Source: a virus
Lineage: Duplodnaviria > Caudoviricetes
Direction: 5' to 3' (one strand)
DNA length: 60,858 bases
IMG/VR virus record: IMGVR_UViG_3300021963_000139
Coordinates: 1 to 60,858 of that record
Shown here: piece after piece, positions 10,073 through 19,137 of the stretch
How positions within the stretch are numbered: the stretch's first letter is position 1
Layout of the letters: every line of letters starts with the position of its first letter
Notes under the pieces: model-generated
What the model was told of the DNA's origin: nothing
The model's input: the letters and a program-made list of their open reading frames with translations, nothing else
The model's database searches: none
Translations under genes and position numbers: made by a program

Positions 10073-10675
10073 CTAAGCCTCCAGCCTTAAACCGGTTAAA
10101 TCCATCTCTTCCCCAACGACACCGACAGGGAAGGTATTAAATGACAATGAGATTCTTGTGTCATCGCCTTTGACTTCAGGAACCATGTGAGTCAGCGACG
10201 AAGGAAAGAGAATCAAGCGACCTGCATAAGCCTCAAACCACCATGACTCAGAGTTATACGGATTCCACTGGTCAGGAGGAAACTTGATCTGCTGCCAGCC
10301 ATCTTTGTAGAAGTAAATCCGATCATCAGGGTTGGTCTGCACATAAAACACACCTGAGATGTAACTATTAGGATGAGCGTGTTTGTGGTGGTACTGGCCT
10401 TGCTCTGAGTAGTTGCACCAGCTTTGTGTGACCCTTAAAGATACGTTGTGCTTAGGATTGACTGTGGACTTGAAGTATTCGCCTACAGCATCTTCAATGA
10501 ACGATCTTAGGTTCGTCAGCACAGGGCTGCGAAGTACGAAATTATCAGTGCTTGTGGTGTTGCCTTGATTCGGTCTTGTCTGTAACTCACGGATGAAGAA
10601 CAACTCTTCATCTGACAAGGGTCTACCTAACTCAGCAAAGCCAACAGGGATGGGGAATAGGTTATGCAACTGCAC
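10073..10675 (-). CDS. 2OG-Fe(II) oxygenase, TIGR02466-like
   Basis: HAHPNSYISGVFY, LILFPSSLTHMV and RISLSFN motifs. Confidence 0.85.
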   Translation of the reverse strand: MQLHNLFPIPVGFAELGRPLSDEELFFIRELQTRPNQGNTTSTDNFVLRSPVLTNLRSFIEDAVGEYFKSTVNPKHNVSLRVTQSWCNYSEQGQYHHKHAHPNSYISGVFYVQTNPDDRIYFYKDGWQQIKFPPDQWNPYNSESWWFEAYAGRLILFPSSLTHMVPEVKGDDTRISLSFNTFPVGVVGEEMDLTGLRLEA

Positions 10676-10916
10676 GCTCGAATTCCTCTTTGGCTATGCC
10701 CATCTCTTTGAGTTGCTCGTCGGTGTAGATCGTAGGGATGCTGTCCTCAAACTCTCTGATCTTGTCGATAACCCAGTAGACCTCTTCAATACTCGGACAA
10801 GGCCGTGGGTCATCCCAGCGTGTGAATACGTTATTAGAGATTTCCCACTTAGCACCAGGACGTAGTAGGTGCATGGCTGTGTCAATGCCTAAGAAGCGAT
10901 ATGTTTTAGTAGTCAT
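10662..10916 (-). CDS. Small tail-fibre-associated protein (XkdW-like)
   Basis: LRPGAKW..W.D.RPCPS.EEV motif, downstream of the fibre gene. Confidence 0.5.
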   Translation of the reverse strand: MTTKTYRFLGIDTAMHLLRPGAKWEISNNVFTRWDDPRPCPSIEEVYWVIDKIREFEDSIPTIYTDEQLKEMGIAKEEFERAVA

Positions 10917-10917
10917 G

Positions 10918-12642
10918 TTATTGATTGATTTTGATGATTACGATACCGGAGCCGCTATTCCCGCCCGCTCCAGACAAACCAGGACCACCACCGCCACCGC
11001 CGCCGCCACCGCCGGTATTAACTGTTCCGGCTGATCCAGCAGCACCTTTTCCACCTGCACCGCCACCGCCTGAACCACCCGATCCTGCTGGACCTGAGGT
11101 TCTTGAATCAACACCACCACCGCCACCGCCAGCATAAGTTACAGATGATCCAGTAATGCTGTTTGCTGTACCTGCGCCGCCATTGCCTCCATCTGTACTA
11201 GATCCAGTTCCTCCAGTACCAGTAGCGCCACCGCCGCCACCACCAGCAAAAGCCGGTGAAGTTCCGGTTCCTACACCCCCATTATTTCCTTGAGATGGGC
11301 TAGTTGACGGTGTATTCCCTGTTCCCGCTGTCAATCCTTGTGAGCTACCGCCGCCAGAACCTCCATTGTTACCCGTCTGTCCTCCAGCGCCATCGCCGCC
11401 ACCACCACCGCCGCCTCCGGCAGAAACAATCCCAGGCGAAGCAAAAGGAGATGGAGAAGATCCTCCAACTATTGATGACAGATTACCATCTGTCCCACGA
11501 TTCTTTCCAACAGCGCCTCCAGGCGATGAAGCTCCGACTGTAATAGTTAATGTCGCGCCAATTGAAACTGTTTGGCTTGAGCCAATCCTAAACCCTCCTG
11601 CACCACCACCTCCGGCCCCAAAACCTCCGGCTGCGCAACCACCGCCGCCACCGCCACTTGCCACGCACAAATAATCAATACTCGTTACGCCAGTAGGCAC
11701 AGTCCATTGTGTCGTACCTTTGAATACAAAGACGGTTTGGCTAGGTACGGCGTACTTTAGGATGACGATACCGGAGCCGCCTGCTGAACCGGGGCCACCA
11801 GCACCGCTTGTTTGCCCTCCTCCCCCTCCTCCACCGCCTGTATTTGCTGAAGCATCCGAAGGTGTTCCATTTCCTTTTTGTCCGGCAGCTCCACCTCCAG
11901 AGCCGCCAGTACCTGCAACAGTGGTAGGAGCGGAAACAACACCACCACCGCCTCCACCAGCATATGTAACGGAAGACCCACTTATAGTAGAGCTAGTCCC
12001 GCTTCCACCGTTGCCACCATTTGTTGTTGTACTATTTGCGCCTGATGACGTTGCGCCACCGCCACCGCCACCGCCAAAACTCGGTCCAGCTCCATCAGCT
12101 CCATTACCTCCATTGGTTCCCTGGGATGGTGAAGTAGACGGTGTGTTACCAGTACCCCCTAAACCAGGATTTGTCCTGCCGCCACCCCCGCTACCTCCGT
12201 TTGCTCCGTTTGCTCCGCTTGCTCCACCACCATAGCCGCCTTTGGTAGATGTAATAGTAGAAAAAATGGAATCATTTCCACTATTATTCTTAGCCCCTCC
12301 ACCGCCAACAGTAACGGTGTAATTGCCATTGCCATCACCGCCGGTAGTAGACACGGGTAATCCAGTTCCGGTTCTAAATCCACCTGCTCCACCACCACCA
12401 CCAACATACGCGGCTCCAGCGTCTCCACCACCCCCGCCACCAGCCACTACCAAATACTCAACCTCTGTCACCCCAGTTGGGCAAGTCCACGTTGAGGTAG
12501 CCGTAAAGGTTTGGATGATGGTGTAGTATCCCGGCCAAATGCCTTGTTTCTGAGCAAGGAACTGCTCCATAAGCGACCAAACACCTTTGGCCGAAGATAA
12601 AGTCGGTATGTTTGCTGGGCCAATAATCCCGCCATTTGTCAT
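10918..12642 (-). CDS. Glycine-rich tail fibre/adhesin with two tandem Gly-rich modules
   Basis: Two copies of WTxPTGVT.[VI].YL.VA.GGGGG...GSGIVI. Confidence 0.8.
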   Translation of the reverse strand: MTNGGIIGPANIPTLSSAKGVWSLMEQFLAQKQGIWPGYYTIIQTFTATSTWTCPTGVTEVEYLVVAGGGGGGDAGAAYVGGGGGAGGFRTGTGLPVSTTGGDGNGNYTVTVGGGGAKNNSGNDSIFSTITSTKGGYGGGASGANGANGGSGGGGRTNPGLGGTGNTPSTSPSQGTNGGNGADGAGPSFGGGGGGGATSSGANSTTTNGGNGGSGTSSTISGSSVTYAGGGGGGVVSAPTTVAGTGGSGGGAAGQKGNGTPSDASANTGGGGGGGGQTSGAGGPGSAGGSGIVILKYAVPSQTVFVFKGTTQWTVPTGVTSIDYLCVASGGGGGGCAAGGFGAGGGGAGGFRIGSSQTVSIGATLTITVGASSPGGAVGKNRGTDGNLSSIVGGSSPSPFASPGIVSAGGGGGGGGDGAGGQTGNNGGSGGGSSQGLTAGTGNTPSTSPSQGNNGGVGTGTSPAFAGGGGGGATGTGGTGSSTDGGNGGAGTANSITGSSVTYAGGGGGGVDSRTSGPAGSGGSGGGGAGGKGAAGSAGTVNTGGGGGGGGGGPGLSGAGGNSGSGIVIIKINQ

Positions 12643-12659
12643 CGCGTATCCCCGACAAA

Positions 12660-13037
12660 TTAGTTAATTTCTTCCCAAGAACAGGTCACCACAAGATCGT
12701 TTGCGGTTCCCGCAATAGCCCCAATGGATTGATTCTCAAGCAGATAAATTGCGTTGTCTTTTGAAATGACGACTAAGGTTGCATCAGCGGGAACAGAAAT
12801 CGTTGATGCCACTGCATACGCTGTGCCACTTCCTGCGGTTGCATTTGAATACACATTAATGGTGATGTCAACGGTCGCTGACCCATCCACATTTGCAGCC
12901 ATTAAAGAGTTAATCTTGTAGACTTTCCCGCTTGACGCTGCATTACTAACGATTGAGGTCACCGATGTTGTACTTAATGCGGTAAACGATGAATTACCGT
13001 ATATCGCACTAACATTAATAATATTTGGGTTTGCCAT
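12660..13037 (-). CDS. Tail fibre connector protein
   Basis: MANPNIINV start and SWEEI end; lies between two fibre genes. Confidence 0.55.
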   Translation of the reverse strand: MANPNIINVSAIYGNSSFTALSTTSVTSIVSNAASSGKVYKINSLMAANVDGSATVDITINVYSNATAGSGTAYAVASTISVPADATLVVISKDNAIYLLENQSIGAIAGTANDLVVTCSWEEIN

Positions 13038-13055
13038 TTGAAATAACTCCTATCT

Positions 13056-15401
13056 TTAACCAAAGACCATAGCCATAGCTACAGCAAACCCATTCGTTGC
13101 CAAAGTTCCCGTGGCATTTGGTAGCGTCAAAGTTTGATTTGCGGTAAGCGTTGTGGGGGTAAGCGTTACTGCGTAACTAGAACTGCCGCCAGCCCTTGGC
13201 AATAACCTTACGGCATCGTAGGCTGTATTAGCTGCTGGTACAACACGAATTGCCCCTGTACCTTTGGGACGAAGGTTGATATCAATATTGCTATCACTGC
13301 CTGATGCAGAAAGAATTGGGCTATTCGTTGTCGCTGCATTGGTGATTGTGAATTCATTGACCGCTGATGCAGTCGCCGAGAATCCAAAAAACTCATTACC
13401 GTTTGTATCATTTAGCGCCGTTATGATACGCGGTGATGTCATTGTCAGAGTCGTGCCATCCGACGTTGCATTGGCAATACCACCAAAAGCACCCGCATTG
13501 TTGTACTGAAGTTGCGTCGTAGATCCGCCCGGACTCCCGCCACCACCTCCAGTGGCAGCAATCGTAATCCCACCCGAACCATTGGTAATCGTAATTCCCG
13601 TTCCTTGCGTCAATGTCGCTAAGGAGAAACCCGATCCATTACCAATCAGCAATTGACCGTTTGTGGGCGTTGCCGTGTTACCCGTACCGCCGTTACCAAT
13701 TGGAAGCGTACCCGTGACTTGGGACGCTAAATTGATGTTACTGATGGTGTTATTAGCACCATTAATCGTCTTATTGGTCAGGGTTTCTGCGCCTGCCAGT
13801 GTCGCCAAGGTTCCTGAAGTCGGTAACGTAACCGCAGTATTACCATTTAAGGTTAAGCCAAGGCTGTAGTTGCCTGTAAAAGTCAGTGTATTAAGAGCGT
13901 TATTAGCAACCCCTGTACCACCGTTAGCAGGACTTAACGTACCCGCTACTGTCACCGCACCAGATGTTGCTGTGTTTGGCGTTAATCCCGTGGTTCCAAA
14001 TGAGATCGTACCTACAGTGCCTGCGGTAGTTGCAAGCGTTCCTGATGTGGGTAGCGTGACGTTGGTCGCGCCGGTTGACGTTAAAGTAATACTATTAGAA
14101 CCCGATGTTGCTAGGGTAGAACCATCTGCCAAGGTCAGGGTTGCACTTGTCGCGGGGGCCGTGAAAGCGACTTTATTAACAGACGTTGCTGTCGCTACAC
14201 CTAATGTCGGTGTTACTAAGGTCGCTGATGTTGCCCTAACGACATTACCAGTACCCGTAGAAGAAACCCACTCTGGAGCCGTAGCACCTGAATTAACTTG
14301 TAAAACCTGTGCGGCTGTTCCAATTGCTAGGAAACTTGTTGCGCCTGAGCCTGTCTGATAAGGCACCGATCCAGCCGCGCCGCCTGCGAGGTTTGTCGCA
14401 GTTCCAACAGAAATCCCGGATAAGGACGTCCATTGAGGCGCCGTGCCAGAAGATGTTAAGACTGTTGATCCACCGCCAATTGCTAACTTAGTAAACGCAG
14501 TTCCTGATGCGTAGTAAACAATATCACCAGCGGTGTAGCTTGTCTGGCCTGTGCCGCCCTGATCTGTTGCCAAGGTTCCGGTGGAGGTCAGCGCATTGCT
14601 ACCATCTGAAAATACAGGTTTACTTGCTGTTAAGGTAGAAACAATCGGCGCAGAACTAAACGTATTGGTCCCTGTAAAGGTTTGCCCTGCATCTGTCCTT
14701 GCAATCGTTGCATTTGTAGACGGGAAAGTTTGTGTTGTCCCATCCGTACCTGTTAAGGTCAAGCTACGGTTAGCCGTGAGCGTTTTGCCGTCAGCAATCG
14801 TAAGCGTTGATCCTGTTGCCGGCGCGGTGATCGTGACCTTGTTATAAGCACCCGCTGTAATAGCACCTGTGGTATCTGCCACCGTTGCAGCGGAGTTTTG
14901 GATAATTTTCCCTGTGGTGCCATCAAAACGTGCAATCGCGTTATCTGTGGCAGAAGCTGGGCCGTCCACATCACCGGAAGCGATCTCTCTAAAATCGCCC
15001 GCATTGGTATCCCAAGCCACCCAAGTCTGTTTTCCTGGAGCTACTGATATACCTGTCGTTGGACCTGTTGAACCACGAATCGTGACGTTGAACCCGCCCG
15101 TGGTGTTATTCATCACAATATAAGCTTTGGATGAATTTGGTACGTTGATATATCTAAGTAATGTCCTTGCGCCGGTACAGTTCAAAATCATGTACTGAGC
15201 AGTTGTTGCGCCAATGTTGTCTGCGCTATTTGTGCCTTGTGTATTAACCAAGGTCACATCTGCATCTGTACTAAGCGTTTGCGTTCCCGCTATTGATATA
15301 TCAAGATAGGCCGTCAAACCGCGATTGACAGCATTCCCCCAAGTACCGGATTCCGTACCTTGTACTGGAGTAATGAGGTCTAACAAACTGGTATAAGGCA
15401 T
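13056..15401 (-). CDS. Tail fibre protein
   Basis: GTWG N-terminus, TDNAIARFDGTTGK, GGTG and TLPTSGTLAT repeats, and an AVAMAMVFG C-terminus. Confidence 0.8.
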   Translation of the reverse strand: MPYTSLLDLITPVQGTESGTWGNAVNRGLTAYLDISIAGTQTLSTDADVTLVNTQGTNSADNIGATTAQYMILNCTGARTLLRYINVPNSSKAYIVMNNTTGGFNVTIRGSTGPTTGISVAPGKQTWVAWDTNAGDFREIASGDVDGPASATDNAIARFDGTTGKIIQNSAATVADTTGAITAGAYNKVTITAPATGSTLTIADGKTLTANRSLTLTGTDGTTQTFPSTNATIARTDAGQTFTGTNTFSSAPIVSTLTASKPVFSDGSNALTSTGTLATDQGGTGQTSYTAGDIVYYASGTAFTKLAIGGGSTVLTSSGTAPQWTSLSGISVGTATNLAGGAAGSVPYQTGSGATSFLAIGTAAQVLQVNSGATAPEWVSSTGTGNVVRATSATLVTPTLGVATATSVNKVAFTAPATSATLTLADGSTLATSGSNSITLTSTGATNVTLPTSGTLATTAGTVGTISFGTTGLTPNTATSGAVTVAGTLSPANGGTGVANNALNTLTFTGNYSLGLTLNGNTAVTLPTSGTLATLAGAETLTNKTINGANNTISNINLASQVTGTLPIGNGGTGNTATPTNGQLLIGNGSGFSLATLTQGTGITITNGSGGITIAATGGGGGSPGGSTTQLQYNNAGAFGGIANATSDGTTLTMTSPRIITALNDTNGNEFFGFSATASAVNEFTITNAATTNSPILSASGSDSNIDINLRPKGTGAIRVVPAANTAYDAVRLLPRAGGSSSYAVTLTPTTLTANQTLTLPNATGTLATNGFAVAMAMVFG

Positions 15402-15411
15402 GGTGACTTCC

Positions 15412-15888
15412 TTACGTCGTTATTTGAATCCAATTCGCGGTTTGAGACGTATCAATCTGTTCCCATAAAGCCGACGCTGAAATTGTATCCGCTCCAGACG
15501 CATTTTCAATGACTGATGGATTAATTTGTACACTGATGCTAACAAGATCATTTCCTTGAGCGTTTTCCAAGACGGCACTAAAAAAACTTGCTGACGCAGA
15601 TATGCTGTCCACTCCTGATGAATTCTCCAATACATAGCCGCCAAAATTAGCCGCTCCATAAATTGAGTCAAACCCACTTGCGTTTTCAATAATATTTGCC
15701 GCAAAGTATGGATTTCCAGAAATCACATCATTCCCCGAGGCCTGTTCAAGAATATACGCTGGATACTCAACCCCAGGTACTGCCACAATATCGTTCCCCG
15801 AGGCCAACTCCAAAATACTTCTTTCATACGCTGAACGACCCCACGGCCCGAACCCCCAGTCGCCTGATCCCCAGCCACCTTCACTCAT
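15412..15888 (-). CDS. Structural protein with a GWG motif and ~21-aa ILE.ASG.D.IS repeats
   Basis: About six repeats are visible in the translation. Confidence 0.6.
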   Translation of the reverse strand: MSEGGWGSGDWGFGPWGRSAYERSILELASGNDIVAVPGVEYPAYILEQASGNDVISGNPYFAANIIENASGFDSIYGAANFGGYVLENSSGVDSISASASFFSAVLENAQGNDLVSISVQINPSVIENASGADTISASALWEQIDTSQTANWIQITT

Positions 15889-16457
15889 GACACCTTGCTC
15901 GGTTGCACATCTTGATACGTCCTATTATGCAGTATGTTCAAGATCGCTTTTTTGCTAACGCCAAATTTTTTACCAAGCTGAATAGTCGTTAGAAGTGGAT
16001 ACGTATCACGAATCTCTCTAACATCATCATCAGAAAGTGTTGAATTTGGCCTTTTAGCAACCGGTTTTGTAAGCGCGTCCAATGGGGGCATCCCGTTCTG
16101 CAATCTTTGATGTAAAATTGCGACGCCGATGTTGTACTGTCTAGCCCACTGCGCTTTTGTTTGGGTGATGCCCTCAATCGTAATGTAGCGATTGTTTGAC
16201 TTGTTGTTTGCTTGCTCAAGTCTTGTCGCCCAACGACAGTTAAAAGGCTCGTAATTACCCCTTGAATTAATCCTTTCAAGGGTGCCTTTTTCTGGGCGAT
16301 CACCCATATCAGCAAGGAAATTATTAAATCCTTGCTTGCCGTGCCATCTTTCACAGACGCGAATGCCCTTGGCCCCATAGTTCTTATAGGACTTTTGGTT
16401 TTCGTTATAACAACGATTATGCATTGCGCGCCACACCCTGTTTAGTTGCATATCCAT
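15885..16457 (-). CDS. Free-standing HNH-type homing endonuclease with C-terminal HTH
   Basis: RCYN...YG.KGIRVCERW, TLERINSRGNYEPFNCRWAT..QANN, and a C-terminal HTH-like segment. Confidence 0.8.
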   Translation of the reverse strand: MDMQLNRVWRAMHNRCYNENQKSYKNYGAKGIRVCERWHGKQGFNNFLADMGDRPEKGTLERINSRGNYEPFNCRWATRLEQANNKSNNRYITIEGITQTKAQWARQYNIGVAILHQRLQNGMPPLDALTKPVAKRPNSTLSDDDVREIRDTYPLLTTIQLGKKFGVSKKAILNILHNRTYQDVQPSKVS

Positions 16458-16461
16458 AGCA

Positions 16462-16494
16462 TCTCCTTAAAAAGTTTAAGGAGAGTACCATAAA
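16462..16494 (-). promoter_or_regulatory. RBS-sequestering hairpin plus extended -10 promoter upstream of the HNH gene
   Basis: Perfect 10-bp stem 16462-16471/16475-16484 contains AAGGAG; TGgTACTCT overlaps its 5' arm. Confidence 0.65.
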
Positions 16495-16495
16495 T

Positions 16496-17068
16496 TTATG
16501 CAGAAAGACGGAACTCATACGTGCAGCTAAGCACATCACCCGAAACTACCGACCTATCCCCTGGCGCTTGAAAATCTGCCGCTGAGAATAACGTGCCTGT
16601 GCTTCCAAGAATAGTGTTATTACTTGTCAAAAATGCGCCACCAACCGTTGCCGAAGCGTCAATATTAAACACGGCTTTGTTAGAGGTGTTTGTAACCACC
16701 GAAGGGTTCGCATTGGTTGCAGCGGCAAAAGTTGCAGCAGGTCTTGTTGCGTTGCTATAACAATCAATCTCTGTCCAGCCTGCGTGAGAACTCATGGTAT
16801 CTGAAGCCGCTGGCGTATTACTTGCCGCTGCGCCATAAAGACCAACGTACCACGTTGTGATCTGTGCAACGCTTACTAATGAAGTGCCAGCCATGTACTG
16901 TAGCCCTACATTGACCACCAAATTATCACCCTCGGCAGTCCATTTCAGGTTGCCATCTTTGTCATGGCACTCAGCAATATATCTGCCACAAGCTAGTGCT
17001 TTCTCGCCTGAGCCTGTTTTGGCCGTCAGGCCGCTTGACACTAAGTCGCTTGTTTGTGCTTTTTCCAT
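16496..17068 (-). CDS. Structural protein
   Basis: Likely start is MEKAQT at 17068; NLVVNVGL and GTLFSAADF motifs; structural-operon position. Confidence 0.6.
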   Translation of the reverse strand: MEKAQTSDLVSSGLTAKTGSGEKALACGRYIAECHDKDGNLKWTAEGDNLVVNVGLQYMAGTSLVSVAQITTWYVGLYGAAASNTPAASDTMSSHAGWTEIDCYSNATRPAATFAAATNANPSVVTNTSNKAVFNIDASATVGGAFLTSNNTILGSTGTLFSAADFQAPGDRSVVSGDVLSCTYEFRLSA

Positions 17069-17069
17069 C

Positions 17070-17486
17070 TTAATCCATCCGTATAAGTGCATTTGTTGCA
17101 GAGTTGGTTGGCATTGTAATTATAAATTGAGTCGTTGTTGTTTTGTCAGAACCAAAGTCAAGCACAGCTACTGATCGGTCTGCTTTGCTACTGTTGTATA
17201 TCAAAGCACATCTTGTTGTAAAAGATGCTGGCGTCCAAATTACGTTGTCAAAATCTACATAAGCCGTAGTTCCTGAATAGCTAACGGTAGCTCCCGTTAA
17301 CACTTTGCCCCCTAATGAATACCCAGTACCAGAGATTTCGTTTGTTGACGAATAAACCGTGGTGTTTTGATTCAAATCTGCGTTTGCCGTGTAAAGAGCA
17401 ATTTTTAATACGTCCGTCTGCAAATTATGAATGCCAAGATAAAGCTCGTACTTAAAACTCGTTGTTTGCCCTTGGACAATACTCAT
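17070..17486 (-). CDS. Conserved structural protein
   Basis: SFK.EL..G.H..KIALYT and VLDFGSDKT motifs. Confidence 0.65.
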   Translation of the reverse strand: MSIVQGQTTSFKYELYLGIHNLQTDVLKIALYTANADLNQNTTVYSSTNEISGTGYSLGGKVLTGATVSYSGTTAYVDFDNVIWTPASFTTRCALIYNSSKADRSVAVLDFGSDKTTTTQFIITMPTNSATNALIRMD

Positions 17487-18394
17487 GACACTTCAACCCG
17501 TACCTGCCCATCTCTATAAGCATCCATGCGTTGTTTGCCATCGCCAAGATTCTTCAACAACGCTATCGACTGAACGTAACGGTCATTTGCTAGCTTGAGT
17601 AAATCGGCCTCTAACTTAAGAAATGCCGACCCTTCAAGAATTGTTGCGTTCAATAAAGCTGAATCAAAATTATCGCCAAGCCACGTAGTTCCTAGCAAAT
17701 TATCTACAGACGATACAACGACTGAAAACCCAGACCCAGTACCGCCAATACTTGAATTGGCACAACTTAAAGAATTATTTGCAACATAAAAGCAACCCGG
17801 ATTAGATAATGTAACCGCTGTGATCGCCCCTCCAGATACTGTAATTGTTGCCGTAGCTGACTCTCCGCTACCACCTGTCAAAGGAACATTAAAATAAGTC
17901 CCGTTTACATAGCCTGATCCGCCTGTAATTACTCCAAAACTGTTGATTGCTCTTTGAACAATTGATGTCGGGTAAAAGTAATAATGCAACTCAGCGCTAT
18001 ACCCCGTGTCAGGAGTGGGGCCTACTATAAAAACTAACTCGTTAGGCGTCGATGGATAGTCAGGGCCAAAAATTGCATAATGCTTTGGCAAGCCTGTACT
18101 TGAAGGATCCGGATACGCCTCTCTAATAAAATTAACATCTTTATTTAAAAGATATAAATACTCGCCATTTGTTTTTACAACCGCCAACGAATACACCGAC
18201 AACATATCGGCTGGGCATTGGAGGTATTTGTTATTTGCTGTTAATGAGCCTGTTACATTTTTACGCAAATAAGCTATTTGCACCGTATTGTAAATACGCT
18301 GCTCTGCCTGACGGATCATGGTATTCATGTCCGCTGTTGTAAAAGTGGTCTCAAGATAATCTTGGACCGCCGTCACAAGCTCCTGATAGTTCAC
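17483..18394 (-). CDS. Head-tail adaptor-like protein with an inserted beta domain
   Basis: MNY.EL...QDY.E, QAEQRI and GPTPD motifs, with a GGSGY-type insert. Confidence 0.6.
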   Translation of the reverse strand: MNYQELVTAVQDYLETTFTTADMNTMIRQAEQRIYNTVQIAYLRKNVTGSLTANNKYLQCPADMLSVYSLAVVKTNGEYLYLLNKDVNFIREAYPDPSSTGLPKHYAIFGPDYPSTPNELVFIVGPTPDTGYSAELHYYFYPTSIVQRAINSFGVITGGSGYVNGTYFNVPLTGGSGESATATITVSGGAITAVTLSNPGCFYVANNSLSCANSSIGGTGSGFSVVVSSVDNLLGTTWLGDNFDSALLNATILEGSAFLKLEADLLKLANDRYVQSIALLKNLGDGKQRMDAYRDGQVRVEVS

Positions 18395-18543
18395 GCCATC
18401 GGACCTCTAGCCATTACACCCTTGGTTGCCGCTCCGGTGCCACGGATTTTAATTCCCGTTTTCTTTACATCTTTTTCCGGATATCCCGCAGTGTGCGGAT
18501 TAGGCGCAGGCTTAGGCTGGTTTGGGTTTTTTTTCTCTTTCAT
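18391..18543 (-). CDS. Small basic protein (50 aa); not in the ORF track
   Basis: Hand translation ends GIKIRGTGAATKGVMARGPMA; overlaps both neighbours by 4 nt. Confidence 0.75.
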   Translation of the reverse strand: MKEKKNPNQPKPAPNPHTAGYPEKDVKKTGIKIRGTGAATKGVMARGPMA

Positions 18544-18713
18544 TTCATGCCTTTGTACTTGAAAGAAGACTTGTTTTGGTTGGCAACTTTTGCAAGGTTA
18601 CGCCCCATCTTTAACATATCAGCGTTAGTCTTGCCACCCTTGGCTAATTTAGTTAAAGGTTTGCCCGGGTGCAACGCCTTCTCATGTTTGTGTACTGCTG
18701 CTTTTGCATCCAT
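18540..18713 (-). CDS. Small basic protein (57 aa); not in the ORF track
   Basis: MDAKAAVHKHEKALHPGKPLTKLAKGG..., preceded by a GGAG RBS. Confidence 0.75.
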   Translation of the reverse strand: MDAKAAVHKHEKALHPGKPLTKLAKGGKTNADMLKMGRNLAKVANQNKSSFKYKGMK

Positions 18714-18723
18714 TTTAAAACTC

Positions 18724-19137
18724 CTAAGTCGTAGATATCGTTACTGTACCAACAGCCGTCGTTGCCACCAAGTAGTTTGGCGTCAAAGGATCATCGTAAG
18801 CTGATGCCCCGCCTACAGGACTCCATCCCCACTGAATATCTCGAGAGCCACCTGTTGGAAATCCGCCTGATGAATTTGGAAGTAACTCAAGACCATTTAC
18901 CCCTGCGGTAACATACGTCGTATCTTTTCTTGGGTTCCTTACGGCTTGCGGATCGTCCACAGGAAACATGCCAAGAAGTAATTGAGGCTGGTCGGGATCC
19001 CAGCATTCATTACATACTAATAGGTTATACCGTTTGGTTTTAATAACTTCAGTACGAAGACGCTTTAACTTAAATTGCTGTCCGCACCTATCGCACATCG
19101 CTATAGAATATTTACCGGAAGCAAATCTATTACCCAT
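18724..19137 (-). CDS. Conserved phage protein with two CxxC motifs
   Basis: CDRCG, CNECW and DPQAVRNPR; likely start MGNRFASGK. Confidence 0.7.
   Translation of the reverse strand: MGNRFASGKYSIAMCDRCGQQFKLKRLRTEVIKTKRYNLLVCNECWDPDQPQLLLGMFPVDDPQAVRNPRKDTTYVTAGVNGLELLPNSSGGFPTGGSRDIQWGWSPVGGASAYDDPLTPNYLVATTAVGTVTISTT

Noticed and set aside
10925-12526. Poly-proline plus-strand ORFs as possible P4H substrates
   Set aside because: They are the reverse complement of poly-Gly codons in the fibre gene, with no independent evidence of expression.
10918-12642. Diversity-generating retroelement suggested by the internal duplication
   Set aside because: No reverse transcriptase is present, and the copies are diverged protein repeats rather than an adenine-specific TR/VR pair.
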